Source: a virus
Lineage: Duplodnaviria > Caudoviricetes
Direction: 5' to 3' (one strand)
IMG/VR virus record: IMGVR_UViG_3300020381_000004
Coordinates: 1-61,857 of that record
Length of the DNA: 61,857 bases
The notes below the pieces were generated by a model. That model did not search any database. It saw only the letters and a list, made by a program, of their open reading frames with translations, and was not told the origin of the DNA. Within the stretch, counting starts at the first letter, position 1, and the number at the start of each line of letters is the position of its first letter. A program made the position numbers and the translations under genes. Shown piece after piece: positions 47,303 through 57,642 of the stretch.

Positions 47303-48621
47303 TATGCGACCCTCTCTAACTCTGACATCATATCATACATTCTTGCTGCACCCAAGTCCCTATCTCCTCCTCCAGCACCTCTTACAGCTTTTGCAGTTAA
47401 TACGAACTCACCATCTGATAATCTTGCTGGAACAGAATCACTTGTACCCGTCCCTGGTCCGTTGACCTCTCCTCCATCATTCATGAATAAACTTCCTATT
47501 GCACCTAAACCACCTAACCTTGATTGTCCACTTCCAAACGGTGAACTTCCAACAGTTGACACACCTCTGTTAAAAGCATTGCCAAGTAACTCTAATGCTT
47601 TTCCAGGATCTTTAGGAACTGTAGTTGAACCCGTTGTTTCCATTGATTTTCCAAACTGATCTATTCCGTCACCTTGATCTATAGGCATATATGCTGCTCT
47701 TATATCTGATCTTGAGTTGCCACTTGGTGCGTAAGCATTACTCCCCATTTGATTTTTACCTGCTTCAAATAATCTGTTTGCCATGTCATCTGTAAAAGCA
47801 GGTAGTCTATTACCTAATTGATTTGCATTAGGCATACCCAAACCGCCACCTAAACCAGGTAGTTGAGAAGGAAAACCTAAACCACCACCTAAACCAGAAC
47901 CTGCTGTTACATCAACACCAAACTTATCTTGAGCCATATCGCCAACTTGATCTAAAAAAGGTTGTATCTGATCTGCTCTACCTTTAATTTCATTATGAAG
48001 ACCTCTATTAATTGTCTCTCCTAACAAGTTAAGTCCTCCAGAAGACATAGTAACAACTTCATCATCGTCTTTGTTTCTATTTCTTAAATCTTCAAAGTAT
48101 TGTTTTCTTTCATCATCATCATCTAGATTATAGAATTTGTCTCCTATTCTACCATAACCTAATCTTGTCTTGCCTTCTGGATAAGGTGGTTGGCTACTTG
48201 TTGTCGTATCAACTTCTTCTCCTCCAAGAGCCGCTAAACCCCCAGCACCAACAATACTTGCAATTCCTACGGGAGATGTAGCAAAGTCTTTCAATGCACT
48301 CATCATTCCACTGCTCCCTGCGGACTTAATAGCACTGACTGGAGCAGTTGATGCAGAAGTTGTCATTATTTCTGGGCCAGTTACAAAACCAGAATTACTT
48401 GCAGTAGACGGACCAAAAAACTTGCCTCCTGCATATCCAGCAATACCACCTAAAGCTGCAGCTTTTAAGGCATCTTCTGTGTCTCCTCCTCCAATAAGAC
48501 TGCCGATTCCTGAACCAAGAGCCGCTCCAAGTGCTCCTCCTCCTATTCCAAAGCCTATAGCTCCTCCTATTATTGGAGCTGCTTTTTTCAACACTTTTGT
48601 AAAACTTTTAAATATTCCCAT
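47302..48621 (-). CDS. Gly-rich ejection protein
   Basis: Gly-zipper N-terminus; GPGTGTSDSVPARLSDGEFV. Confidence 0.7.
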   Translation of the reverse strand: MGIFKSFTKVLKKAAPIIGGAIGFGIGGGALGAALGSGIGSLIGGGDTEDALKAAALGGIAGYAGGKFFGPSTASNSGFVTGPEIMTTSASTAPVSAIKSAGSSGMMSALKDFATSPVGIASIVGAGGLAALGGEEVDTTTSSQPPYPEGKTRLGYGRIGDKFYNLDDDDERKQYFEDLRNRNKDDDEVVTMSSGGLNLLGETINRGLHNEIKGRADQIQPFLDQVGDMAQDKFGVDVTAGSGLGGGLGFPSQLPGLGGGLGMPNANQLGNRLPAFTDDMANRLFEAGKNQMGSNAYAPSGNSRSDIRAAYMPIDQGDGIDQFGKSMETTGSTTVPKDPGKALELLGNAFNRGVSTVGSSPFGSGQSRLGGLGAIGSLFMNDGGEVNGPGTGTSDSVPARLSDGEFVLTAKAVRGAGGGDRDLGAARMYDMMSELERVA

Positions 48622-48660
48622 TATTCACTATTCTATCAATTATTTCTTATTTCTTCAATG

Positions 48661-49044
48661 CTAGATTCCACTTATAGCACTTGTTGTTATTCTTGTCTTC
48701 GCAAACTCTTGTATACTTGCAACAACGGCTAATCTATCATTATCTGCCGCTTGAACTTTTAATATTTCACCTTCATTTAATACAAGATCTTTTGTCAATA
48801 ATTCTATTGTTGTATTTGCTGCAACTGCTTTGGCTTTAAATATAGGCAAACTATCTATAAAAACATCAATTGTTGAGGCACTACCACTATCGTTAGACAC
48901 AAGTATAGAATTTATAACGGACGCATTAAAATCTGCATCTGTTGGCACAGTATAAAGATTTTTTAATCCAGTGTTTGCTGTTGTTAAATCTATTGTTGCA
49001 TTTCTTAAATTTTGCAAATATTGTGGTATGCCACTAACTAACAT
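48661..49044 (-). CDS. Structural protein
   Basis: 127 aa; LYTVP...SILVSN...LVLNEGE. Confidence 0.6.
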   Translation of the reverse strand: MLVSGIPQYLQNLRNATIDLTTANTGLKNLYTVPTDADFNASVINSILVSNDSGSASTIDVFIDSLPIFKAKAVAANTTIELLTKDLVLNEGEILKVQAADNDRLAVVASIQEFAKTRITTSAISGI

Positions 49045-51194
49045 TACCTTCTCCCATCTGGTCGCATGTCAACACGAGGTGTGCCTAATTTGTATTTAAC
49101 ACCAGTACCCGTTGACTCTACTTTTATAGCAAAAGAACGTCCTCGTAATCGATAATCTATCTTACCTGTAAATTGCTCTATTGGAGTTGTTGTACTTCGA
49201 GAAGTATCTTTTGATTCTGTTTGCAGAAAGTTACCTCCAGCAGAGTTTTTTGCCTTTAAAGTAAACGATACACTTGGTGTTGGATTACTAGATCCATTAA
49301 AAGTAATATCAGGTAACATTTGTTTTATAGAAACAAACTTGTCACCGTCCCCCATATCCATGGGCCCTGATTCAATAAACGAAGTCATAGCTGATCCGTC
49401 ATCATCATTTGTTAATTCGTGGTTATATAAAAGAGAATTACCCGTTGCGATTGGAAATGTTCTGATACCACGATCTATCCAAGCGTCTCTGTTTAGTGTT
49501 CCATAATACCAAACTTTTTCTGCATAGTTGTAAACAACATAAGCATTAACAGAAGAACTATCTGCTTTTGGGTAAAACCAAATAACTTCACTAAACTCTG
49601 AGTTAACACCAACATGAACCTTGTCTCTCTCATCAAAGTTAAAATCTAAAAATACTTTATCTTTTACAGTGCAAGGTAACTGTTGTGTGCCTCCAGCATA
49701 AATATAAAAGGTGTCAACACCCATCCAAAACACCACATCTTCAACAGCCACGGCAGAGGCTGGACTCATAATCGTAATATTTTTTGATAATTCTTGCAGA
49801 CCAAAAGTAAATGGCGGCCCAATAAATTTCATAGAGTGTAATGTTTTATTTGTAAATACCAGTATTTGTTGCTTTGTTTCTACAGCTTGAACAAAAGTTG
49901 ATCCACCACCAAGTCTTAGATCACCTGCTGTGTTTGTTGCAGTAGGAAAAAAATCAACGGGGTTTTCTTGAGAACTAAAACGTATTAATAGTGGGTCTTG
50001 TATTTCGTTACCTTGTGTTGTTGTAGATGTTGCACCTAATCCATCACACCCAAAAGCAATAACATGACGATCTTGGTCAGACACTAAAACTTGTTTAGCT
50101 ATGGTAGGAACACTTGTTCGAGTAGAAAAAACAGGTGAAGCACTTAGTTCTTTTGCACGAACACCAAGTCCACTCGATTTATCCCAGTAATATATAGCAC
50201 CGTCTCTTGGATTTATAATTAAATCTTCACCAAAATTATCATGTGACCAAGTTCTTATCTCTGCTCCAGGAGCCGTGATTGAAGACGCTTGACCCCATCC
50301 TACAAAGTCATTTGCAGAATCTGCGTTACCAGAAGCAAGTCTAACAAGTGTACCATTTGCATGAGTTGAAGCTGTTGTACCACTTGATGCTCTTGTAACT
50401 GTAAGATCGTCTGTAGCTACATTAGTCACAGTAAGTAATTCTTCTTCAATCAATATGATATCAGTTGCCTCTATTCCAGATCCACTTGTAACTGTAAGTG
50501 TTGTATCTGAATTACTGAATGTGCCACCTTCATTAATTGTTGTAGCTAATGCTCCGTCAGTTGTACCACTCCATTGACCAGCACCCCACCCTGTACCACC
50601 AACCGTGGCATCAAGACCAGTGTTTATTTGATAAGTACCCACTACACTCGATCCACCATTACCAGTATCAGATGAATTAGCTGCTACACTTGATGTTATT
50701 GTATAAGAATTAGAACTTATAATAGATACAATTTGAAACTCTGCTTGTAAAATTGCTTGTGTAATATTACCACTTGATCCAAGACCATTAGAATCTACAC
50801 CAGAAAATGTAACAAAATCATTTACATTGGCTCCATGTGCCGCATCTGTAACAGTAATAGTTGTTGAGCCATTAGTGGCAGCGAAAGTTATGTCACCAGC
50901 CGCAGTAGGATCTTTTTCTGGAGTAATATCATTAAAAGTGCCACCTTCTTCAATATAGTATTTAAGATGAGTGCCTATACCTAAAAAATCAGAACCATCT
51001 AAAGCAACCCAGTTATGTAATCTTCTAGCAGATCCAAGATAGGTATTACTATTTTGTTTTACCCAACCTCCAAACTTTTCTGGAAAGCCATTACGAAATC
51101 TTATCTTATCTCCATCGATATAACCACCCTCGTTACTATAAGAGGTTACATCTGATATGATACCTGGTCTAAATTTTAAACTTGTGTATGCCAT
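49044..51194 (-). CDS. Tail tubular B / DNA stabilisation-like protein
   Basis: 716 aa, beta-propeller-like (IRFSSQEN, EVIWFYP, VVYNY), upstream of the ejection genes. Confidence 0.65.
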   Translation of the reverse strand: MAYTSLKFRPGIISDVTSYSNEGGYIDGDKIRFRNGFPEKFGGWVKQNSNTYLGSARRLHNWVALDGSDFLGIGTHLKYYIEEGGTFNDITPEKDPTAAGDITFAATNGSTTITVTDAAHGANVNDFVTFSGVDSNGLGSSGNITQAILQAEFQIVSIISSNSYTITSSVAANSSDTGNGGSSVVGTYQINTGLDATVGGTGWGAGQWSGTTDGALATTINEGGTFSNSDTTLTVTSGSGIEATDIILIEEELLTVTNVATDDLTVTRASSGTTASTHANGTLVRLASGNADSANDFVGWGQASSITAPGAEIRTWSHDNFGEDLIINPRDGAIYYWDKSSGLGVRAKELSASPVFSTRTSVPTIAKQVLVSDQDRHVIAFGCDGLGATSTTTQGNEIQDPLLIRFSSQENPVDFFPTATNTAGDLRLGGGSTFVQAVETKQQILVFTNKTLHSMKFIGPPFTFGLQELSKNITIMSPASAVAVEDVVFWMGVDTFYIYAGGTQQLPCTVKDKVFLDFNFDERDKVHVGVNSEFSEVIWFYPKADSSSVNAYVVYNYAEKVWYYGTLNRDAWIDRGIRTFPIATGNSLLYNHELTNDDDGSAMTSFIESGPMDMGDGDKFVSIKQMLPDITFNGSSNPTPSVSFTLKAKNSAGGNFLQTESKDTSRSTTTPIEQFTGKIDYRLRGRSFAIKVESTGTGVKYKLGTPRVDMRPDGRR

Positions 51195-52372
51195 TAATCT
51201 ATCGCCACATCTGAAGAACGAGTTCCAGTATATCCTTGTGTAGAGGTATCAACTGTTCCTGTTCCATTATTAAATTTAGCTAAAGCAAGAGGAAGACTGT
51301 TGTCATCATTACCAGAAATTGTCATTGTTATATTAAAAGTTCCGTCTGTACTGTTTGTAGATGATGATGATGCGGTTGCACCAGAGTTTACAGTAACATT
51401 ATCAAATGGATCAGCACCACTTAAGACACAAGCAACATTTAAATTATTTGTAAAAACAAAAGATCTGTCATTACCAGATCTTATAACTCTAAACCACATT
51501 CTTCTTGTGAAAGTTAAATTACCAATACCTGCTTCATCTTGAGAGGGTCCGACAGTATACATCCCCGTAAAACCAAAGGTGTGACTATTCCCATTACCAT
51601 TGTGGTAACCCATTTTACCACCAAAACCCATATTAGCATAATTTGTACCTGAACCAATATTAGCATTTTCGTATGGGTTTAAAGCAATGGTAGTATTTGC
51701 AGTAGTTCCAATATAAAGACGATAATTGTAAGAATTAGGAGATGATGAACTTGTTGCTGTGTCACCTATAAAAACAACTGATGTATTTCCATTAGCAATA
51801 GAAAAACCATTATTAGTGCTACCAGCCGAAAAGATAGTTGAGGCACCAGGTGTGCTTCCTCCTACTGTTGTTGTGCCACCTGAATCAACTTGTGCTCCAG
51901 TAAGATCCACACTTGCTTGTCCGCCACTACTACTTGTCATTGTTACATCAAGATATTTTTCTACAGTAGTATCTGTTCCAACATCTGAAACAACAATAGT
52001 AGATGAATCAGAATTAGAAAAATTTGTAGTTCCTGTGTGAGTGGCATCTGTTTGTTCTAAAGTAGAAGTTTTTAATGTTGATTGAACATTACCAGAGCCT
52101 TTTAATTCTAAAGCAGTGCTTGAATTTTGTGTTAAAGGAGAACCAGCTGAGTTTAATAATGTTTTACCATCTGTATCTAATATAATTTTTTTATGAGCAG
52201 AATCATTATTCATGGTTAAGTTACCACTAATATTTTCGTTTAACTTAAAATATTGAAGAGGAAGTTTTGATTTTGCTGTACCAGCTATATCATTTAAAAC
52301 ACCAGAGTTACTATCAACTAAAGATTGAGTTACTTCTGTAAAGCCAACATTTGATACCAAAGGTATAGACAT
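51194..52372 (-). CDS. Tail-associated Ser/Thr/Gly-rich protein
   Basis: 392 aa, beta-rich. Confidence 0.6.
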   Translation of the reverse strand: MSIPLVSNVGFTEVTQSLVDSNSGVLNDIAGTAKSKLPLQYFKLNENISGNLTMNNDSAHKKIILDTDGKTLLNSAGSPLTQNSSTALELKGSGNVQSTLKTSTLEQTDATHTGTTNFSNSDSSTIVVSDVGTDTTVEKYLDVTMTSSSGGQASVDLTGAQVDSGGTTTVGGSTPGASTIFSAGSTNNGFSIANGNTSVVFIGDTATSSSSPNSYNYRLYIGTTANTTIALNPYENANIGSGTNYANMGFGGKMGYHNGNGNSHTFGFTGMYTVGPSQDEAGIGNLTFTRRMWFRVIRSGNDRSFVFTNNLNVACVLSGADPFDNVTVNSGATASSSSTNSTDGTFNITMTISGNDDNSLPLALAKFNNGTGTVDTSTQGYTGTRSSDVAID

Positions 52373-52379
52373 TAATCAC

Positions 52380-53297
52380 CTAAAACTTAACTGTTTCTGT
52401 AAAAGAAAAACTTGTTCCATTATATATACCTATTGCTAGTTCAGCACTACTACCTAAAGAAATACCTCTTGACACATTGTCTCCCGATAAGGCGGTACTT
52501 CCATCTCCAGCGTTCCAGTTTATAGTCATACTATTTGCTGAAGTTTTTTTATCAATAATAACATATTGTCCAGCTACCAAATTATCAGTTTGCACATTTA
52601 TTGTTTGAGTGCCACTAGAAACTACGACTTGTTGATAAACAGATGTAGCTGCACCTGCTATCACATCTAACGCTCCAGAGATTGTAGCAAGTGATTTTAC
52701 TTCAACTAGATTTTGATTAAAGTAAGTTGAAAATGTGGCGGCAGTTGTTTGTCTCATCGTGCCACCATCATTTGTAAGGATACCATCACCTGCTGCAACA
52801 GCCGTGGTTCCGATAGTACTTCCACCTGCTAATAAAGCTAACTCTGCTTGAGTAACCTTTGTACCACCAGTCGATATATCTGACAAAAGATCAAACACAT
52901 CTGCGTTATTAGTTCCTTTTCCATCTGCATAAATAAAAGCTTTTGCACCATCTGGTACAGCAACACCAGTGTTAGCTGCTCTTTGTTTAAAAGTTACAGT
53001 GGATCCTGATCCATTGTGAACAATGTAAAAAGCTTCTCTATCGTCTGGGTGTATCGTTAAAATAGATGCACCACCTCCGCCATTTGTTAACTTTAAAACT
53101 CTTGTGTGACCATTAGAAGTTTTGTCTCCATCAGTTACAGTTATGTTCATAGCACCTGTTACAGCTACATCTGTCACGCCATTCAACGCTTTGTCAATAA
53201 TTTCTAAATTATTATTGGTGGTTGTACCCCAGGTTCCCGATTGTTCGCCAACCCCTATGAGTTCTATTCCACTATTGTCTGTATATTGACTTGCCAT
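52380..53297 (-). CDS. Tail fibre-like structural protein
   Basis: GEQSGTWGTTTNNNL N-terminus. Confidence 0.65.
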   Translation of the reverse strand: MASQYTDNSGIELIGVGEQSGTWGTTTNNNLEIIDKALNGVTDVAVTGAMNITVTDGDKTSNGHTRVLKLTNGGGGASILTIHPDDREAFYIVHNGSGSTVTFKQRAANTGVAVPDGAKAFIYADGKGTNNADVFDLLSDISTGGTKVTQAELALLAGGSTIGTTAVAAGDGILTNDGGTMRQTTAATFSTYFNQNLVEVKSLATISGALDVIAGAATSVYQQVVVSSGTQTINVQTDNLVAGQYVIIDKKTSANSMTINWNAGDGSTALSGDNVSRGISLGSSAELAIGIYNGTSFSFTETVKF

Positions 53298-53304
53298 TTT
53301 TACC

Positions 53305-54423
53305 TCATGCGTTTATTTCTTCATATGTTTCTGTTGTTGGTGACGTAATTTCTGTATAACTTTCAGAGCCACTTGGTGATATTGTATTAAAAGTTTCAGA
53401 GCCACTCGGAGTAACTGGACTGTAACTTTCGTTTGCACTTGGTGTAATTTCATCAAAAGTTGCAACATTTAAGTTTAAAGCTCTCCTTCTACTAACAACA
53501 GTATCATCTTTATCAATAACATCTTCGTATAATAACTCACCTAAAGTTGATTTAATAAAATTAAACTCTTGGCTTGATATACCCACCCCTATCTTAATAC
53601 TATTTGCCGTCTGTGTAAACTGTCCAGTTTGTTCACTTGTGCCTGTTCTTAATCTTACACCAGAAGAAGTTTCTGTAAAATTGCTTGATACTTCAGCAGA
53701 AGAAACAGCTATCTTTATACCATCTGTTGTCTGTGTGTTTGTAAAACTTATATCTGATTCACCAGAAGCTATTCTTATAGCGTCAGAGGTTTTTGTAAAA
53801 TCACTGCTTAAACTACTTACACCAGCTAATATACCCACTCCTACAGCAGCTTTAGATGAAATACCACTCATTTCGGAAGAAGTGATTGCTATCTTTATAC
53901 CAGCACTTGTTTCTGTAAAATCAGATGTAATATCCGCAGAAGTAATAGCTATTTTAATACCAGCAGTTGTTTGTGTATTTGAAGAAGATAGCTCTCCTAC
54001 ACCAGACAAAATTATATTTCCTATTCCTGTTTGTGTGTTGATAAAACTAATATCAGAAGTTCCTACAGCTATTTTAATAGCATCGCTTGTTTCAATAAAG
54101 TTTGAGCTTTGACTTGATGTTCCTAACCTTAACCTTAATGCCGAAGAAGTTTGGGTATTATTAAAATTAATATCTGAAACTCCAGTTGCTACCTTAATGG
54201 CATTAGATGTTTCTGTAAAATTGCCACTTATATCTGCAATACCTGCAAGTATACCAACACCAACAGATTGCTTAGAAGCAATACCAGACATCTCAGCAGA
54301 GCTAACACCTATTTTTATAGCGGCAGAAGTTTCTGTAAAATTTAAACTTTGAGTCGAAACACCAAGAAAAACAGTTCCAATGGCTCCAAAAGGCTGTGCT
54401 GAAAAAGCATTAAAGCCTAGCAT
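53305..54423 (-). CDS. Repeat-rich structural protein (~22-aa repeats)
   Basis: MLGFNAFS start; recurring (S/N)FT(E/Q)T..AIKIA(V/I). Confidence 0.7.
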   Translation of the reverse strand: MLGFNAFSAQPFGAIGTVFLGVSTQSLNFTETSAAIKIGVSSAEMSGIASKQSVGVGILAGIADISGNFTETSNAIKVATGVSDINFNNTQTSSALRLRLGTSSQSSNFIETSDAIKIAVGTSDISFINTQTGIGNIILSGVGELSSSNTQTTAGIKIAITSADITSDFTETSAGIKIAITSSEMSGISSKAAVGVGILAGVSSLSSDFTKTSDAIRIASGESDISFTNTQTTDGIKIAVSSAEVSSNFTETSSGVRLRTGTSEQTGQFTQTANSIKIGVGISSQEFNFIKSTLGELLYEDVIDKDDTVVSRRRALNLNVATFDEITPSANESYSPVTPSGSETFNTISPSGSESYTEITSPTTETYEEINA

Positions 54424-54632
54424 TACTCAGTATCCGTTGGTTTTGTTGGAAAAGCAAAACCTTCGTCATCCATACTTTTGTATGTTTTTGTTATATCTCT
54501 AAGTTCTTGTCTGTATTTAGTCCAAGCTGATGGAATAGATGTGCTAGTTTCTTGAGCTTTAATAACTACCCAATCGCTTTCATTTAAAAGCAAATCTCTT
54601 TCCATCCTTAATTTATTTAAGTTAGCAGTCAT
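54423..54632 (-). CDS. Tail fibre assembly chaperone-like protein
   Basis: LR.ERD.LL.ESDW...W..YRQ.LRDIT...FPTKP. Confidence 0.75.
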   Translation of the reverse strand: MTANLNKLRMERDLLLNESDWVVIKAQETSTSIPSAWTKYRQELRDITKTYKSMDDEGFAFPTKPTDTE

Positions 54633-55159
54633 TATCCTGCAATCTCCATAGCTGTAATAGTTGAAATAACTCTTGAATTGTAAGCAGCATCTACATCATT
54701 TTGTGTTGAATTAACAACTAAAGCAGTAGTGTTTGGATTGTTTGCATTTTTTCCTTGCACACTATAAGTTAGCTCTGATGTAGAACTTGGACTATCTAAA
54801 ACTTGCATTACTTTACTTTCAATATTGTAATGATCATTAAAAGAAGAGCTACCATAAATATGTGTCATACCTAGCATTCTATTTCCTGCTGTACTTGGTT
54901 CTACTATAGTGCTTCCCCCTCTAGCAATTCTAAAAGTAAGGTGATAACCTGCAACTGAAATTTGTAAGGTGGCGATAACATATATTTTACTAGAGGTAGA
55001 TGATGGAGTAATATTTACAGTTAATCCACTTACATTTTCAAAACTTGCATCAAAATCTGCACTATCTGTTTTATCAGTTTTATTCGTGCTTACAAGTTGT
55101 AAAACTTTACCTGAAAAACCACCACCTATAAACTTTGCTAAATCTGCTGCTTTACTCAT
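54632..55159 (-). CDS. Tail-associated protein, family B paralogue 1
   Basis: GKVLQ...ITPSSTSSKI...SPSSTS...ITAMEIAG. Confidence 0.7.
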   Translation of the reverse strand: MSKAADLAKFIGGGFSGKVLQLVSTNKTDKTDSADFDASFENVSGLTVNITPSSTSSKIYVIATLQISVAGYHLTFRIARGGSTIVEPSTAGNRMLGMTHIYGSSSFNDHYNIESKVMQVLDSPSSTSELTYSVQGKNANNPNTTALVVNSTQNDVDAAYNSRVISTITAMEIAG

Positions 55160-55542
55160 GCTAAGTCTCCATGTATTACAACTGATGCAGCATCAACATC
55201 TTGTGCTGAATTTGATACATTTCTTGCATATAATTCTTGAGAGGATGTAGTGCTGCCTGCATCAATTAAAAACCTTAATCCTGATGAGCTTGTTCCTTCA
55301 CCATCTCCAAATGTACAAGTGTATTTTGTATTACCCATAGCATTAGTGAAATTAACTCCATAGTCACCTGTAGCATCATCATCTGTTGAACTTACATTAA
55401 AACTATCCCCAATAGTTGCTCCACTTGCAGTGCCATCATATTCAACCCATGCTTTAGCACTACCATTGAACACCACACTCGTAGCAACACTATTATTGCC
55501 ATTCGCATCTTTTAATGTATTTACTCTTAATTCACTAGCCAT
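55156..55542 (-). CDS. GDLA-family tail protein paralogue
   Basis: Start moved to MASELRV; AKAW...DSFNVSS.TD...GDLA*. Confidence 0.7.
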   Translation of the reverse strand: MASELRVNTLKDANGNNSVATSVVFNGSAKAWVEYDGTASGATIGDSFNVSSTDDDATGDYGVNFTNAMGNTKYTCTFGDGEGTSSSGLRFLIDAGSTTSSQELYARNVSNSAQDVDAASVVIHGDLA

Positions 55543-55937
55543 TATGCTAAATCTCCGTGTAAAACAAAACTTGCTCTGTCTGGATCTTGAAAAGTAGGAG
55601 TATAGTCTAACCAAGAACAAACATAAGTAGTTGTTGTATTAGCAGTAAATGTAGCACCATTATTCATCTGCGTTTGACCCCAGCCATACCTATTGGTGGT
55701 TAGTCCACCATTAGTCTGAGTTGTTGTATAATTAATTGTATTCATTGCATTAGTTATATTAAGAGTTGCATACCCAAGGGCTGAATCTGTAGTTGAGCTA
55801 TGATTAAATGAGTCATCTTCACTTGGTGTGCCACCTGAATATGAAATTCGTAACCAACCTTTAGTCATTCCAGCCATAGTATCTTGTGTGCTACCAGATG
55901 TCTTTCCTATGCTATCTACTTTTAATATACTTGCCAT
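55542..55937 (-). CDS. GDLA-family tail protein paralogue
   Basis: KGW...DSFNHSSTTD...GDLA*. Confidence 0.7.
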   Translation of the reverse strand: MASILKVDSIGKTSGSTQDTMAGMTKGWLRISYSGGTPSEDDSFNHSSTTDSALGYATLNITNAMNTINYTTTQTNGGLTTNRYGWGQTQMNNGATFTANTTTTYVCSWLDYTPTFQDPDRASFVLHGDLA

Positions 55938-56359
55938 TATGCTAGGTCTCCTAATGAAAAACAGTACGCATATGTTCCATCTATATATCCTCCACTAACG
56001 TGATTAGTAAAATCATATAAACTGGTTGTGTTAGTAAATGCCCAATTAACTTTACAAGGTGTTGAATTATAAGCACCCCAACTATCCCCATTATAAGCAT
56101 TTCCGTATCCATGTGCTTGATATTCATCAAGACTAGTATACGCTGATGTTAAAGTTACAGCCATTCTACCTGCTGAACCATCAGTTACACTACTAACATT
56201 AAAACTGTCTTTTATAGTACTAGCCACCTGATTATAATACAGTCTCTGTTTTACTAACCCTTCTTGCAGATTAGTCGTAGCAGAGCCTACATCTTGAACA
56301 GTAATAGAGCCTTCTGTTGTTTTTCCTTTTATAGTATCTACATTAAGTTGGCTTGTCAT
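55937..56359 (-). CDS. GDLA-family tail protein paralogue
   Basis: Start MTSQLNV; DSFNVSSVTD...GDLA*. Confidence 0.7.
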   Translation of the reverse strand: MTSQLNVDTIKGKTTEGSITVQDVGSATTNLQEGLVKQRLYYNQVASTIKDSFNVSSVTDGSAGRMAVTLTSAYTSLDEYQAHGYGNAYNGDSWGAYNSTPCKVNWAFTNTTSLYDFTNHVSGGYIDGTYAYCFSLGDLA

Positions 56360-56814
56360 ACAATACTCCAATAACCATTAACAGTAACTGTAGCGTTCTG
56401 TGTAATAGGACCTGCACTAACTCCATTTTCATCTGAGTCTATAGTTATATCTGCACTAATAGTCTGACCATTTAATCTGATTATACTGTTGTTTCCTTTA
56501 AAAGGATATCTTGTATCTGCTTCTGCTTTTGTATAAGAGTTGGCAACAGAAAATACATCATAGACAACCATTTCTACAATATCATTTAAACTTGCTCCAG
56601 TAACTAATACTACTGTTGTTCCAGTGGTTGCAGCATAGTCTGTTCCTGGTACAAGCAATACACCATTCTGATAAACATCCATGTACCTTGAGTCATTATA
56701 ACTTAGAGTTAAAGAGTTGGCATCTGATCCACTAAAGCTAGTTTGATTAGCTGAAGCTTGATACTGAAATCTACTTCTTACTCCAAAATTTTGTGATCTT
56801 CCTATATATGGCAT
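56356..56814 (-). CDS. Tail-associated protein (MPYIG family)
   Basis: DVYQNGVLL..GTDY; SAGPIT C-terminus. Confidence 0.7.
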   Translation of the reverse strand: MPYIGRSQNFGVRSRFQYQASANQTSFSGSDANSLTLSYNDSRYMDVYQNGVLLVPGTDYAATTGTTVVLVTGASLNDIVEMVVYDVFSVANSYTKAEADTRYPFKGNNSIIRLNGQTISADITIDSDENGVSAGPITQNATVTVNGYWSIV

Positions 56815-56817
56815 GGT

Positions 56818-57111
56818 TTATCCTTTTGGGTACTTATCTTTAATGGCTTTAATTGTTTTCTTCCAACCATCTATACCATTGTGGTATAAATCATCTAATT
56901 GGTCTTTAATCGATGGATACTCAGATTCTCTTTTTCTTTGATATTCTTTACTGTTGTATTCTGTTATAAGTTCTTTTTGTTTTGCAAGAATATCTGAGTT
57001 AGCTATAGGAGTAGTACCATGAAGCCATGTAATTTTTGATATATCATCATTTTCAACACTCACTGCTGCCTTTGAATTTATAGCTAAAATTGCACTTATA
57101 ATATCTGTCAT
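56818..57111 (-). CDS. Tail fibre assembly chaperone-like protein
   Basis: YQRKR..EYPSI.DQLD.LYH...IKDKYPK. Confidence 0.7.
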   Translation of the reverse strand: MTDIISAILAINSKAAVSVENDDISKITWLHGTTPIANSDILAKQKELITEYNSKEYQRKRESEYPSIKDQLDDLYHNGIDGWKKTIKAIKDKYPKG

Positions 57112-57632
57112 CCTACAATCTCCATCGCTGTTAAATAAGATTTAGATGTATTCATATAATCTGTATTAGTTTCATAGTGCATTCTGTTAATATAAATTGT
57201 TAAATTATCTCTATTGTCATTAACGTAAACTGAGTATGTTTGTTGACTTGTTGAACTTGGACTATGTAAATATTGAGGAGAAGCCTGCATCCTTCCATAA
57301 TTACTAAATGGTGTGTCTCCAACAGCAAACCAACACCCCACATCGTTACTGCCATAAGTAGCATCATCTGCTGAAGCATCAGATAAATGTGCATCATTTA
57401 CATACAATCTACCTGAAAAAACATACCCAGACCCATTTCCTGCTACATTAAGATTAGCTGTTACAAGAATTTTTGAAGAAGTAGATAACGGAGTTATAGC
57501 TGCTTCAAGTCCTGTTATTTTTGTGTAATTCCCAGAAGTAGCTAACGCAAGTCTAGTTTTTATAGAATTTTGAACAACCTGTATAATACTTCCCGAAGGC
57601 ATCCCACCATCAGCTATTTTAGTCAAAGCCAT
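57108..57632 (-). CDS. Tail-associated protein, family B paralogue 2
   Basis: GSIIQVV...ITPLSTSSKI...SPSSTS...LTAMEIVG. Confidence 0.7.
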   Translation of the reverse strand: MALTKIADGGMPSGSIIQVVQNSIKTRLALATSGNYTKITGLEAAITPLSTSSKILVTANLNVAGNGSGYVFSGRLYVNDAHLSDASADDATYGSNDVGCWFAVGDTPFSNYGRMQASPQYLHSPSSTSQQTYSVYVNDNRDNLTIYINRMHYETNTDYMNTSKSYLTAMEIVG

Positions 57633-57642
57633 GCTTTACTCC

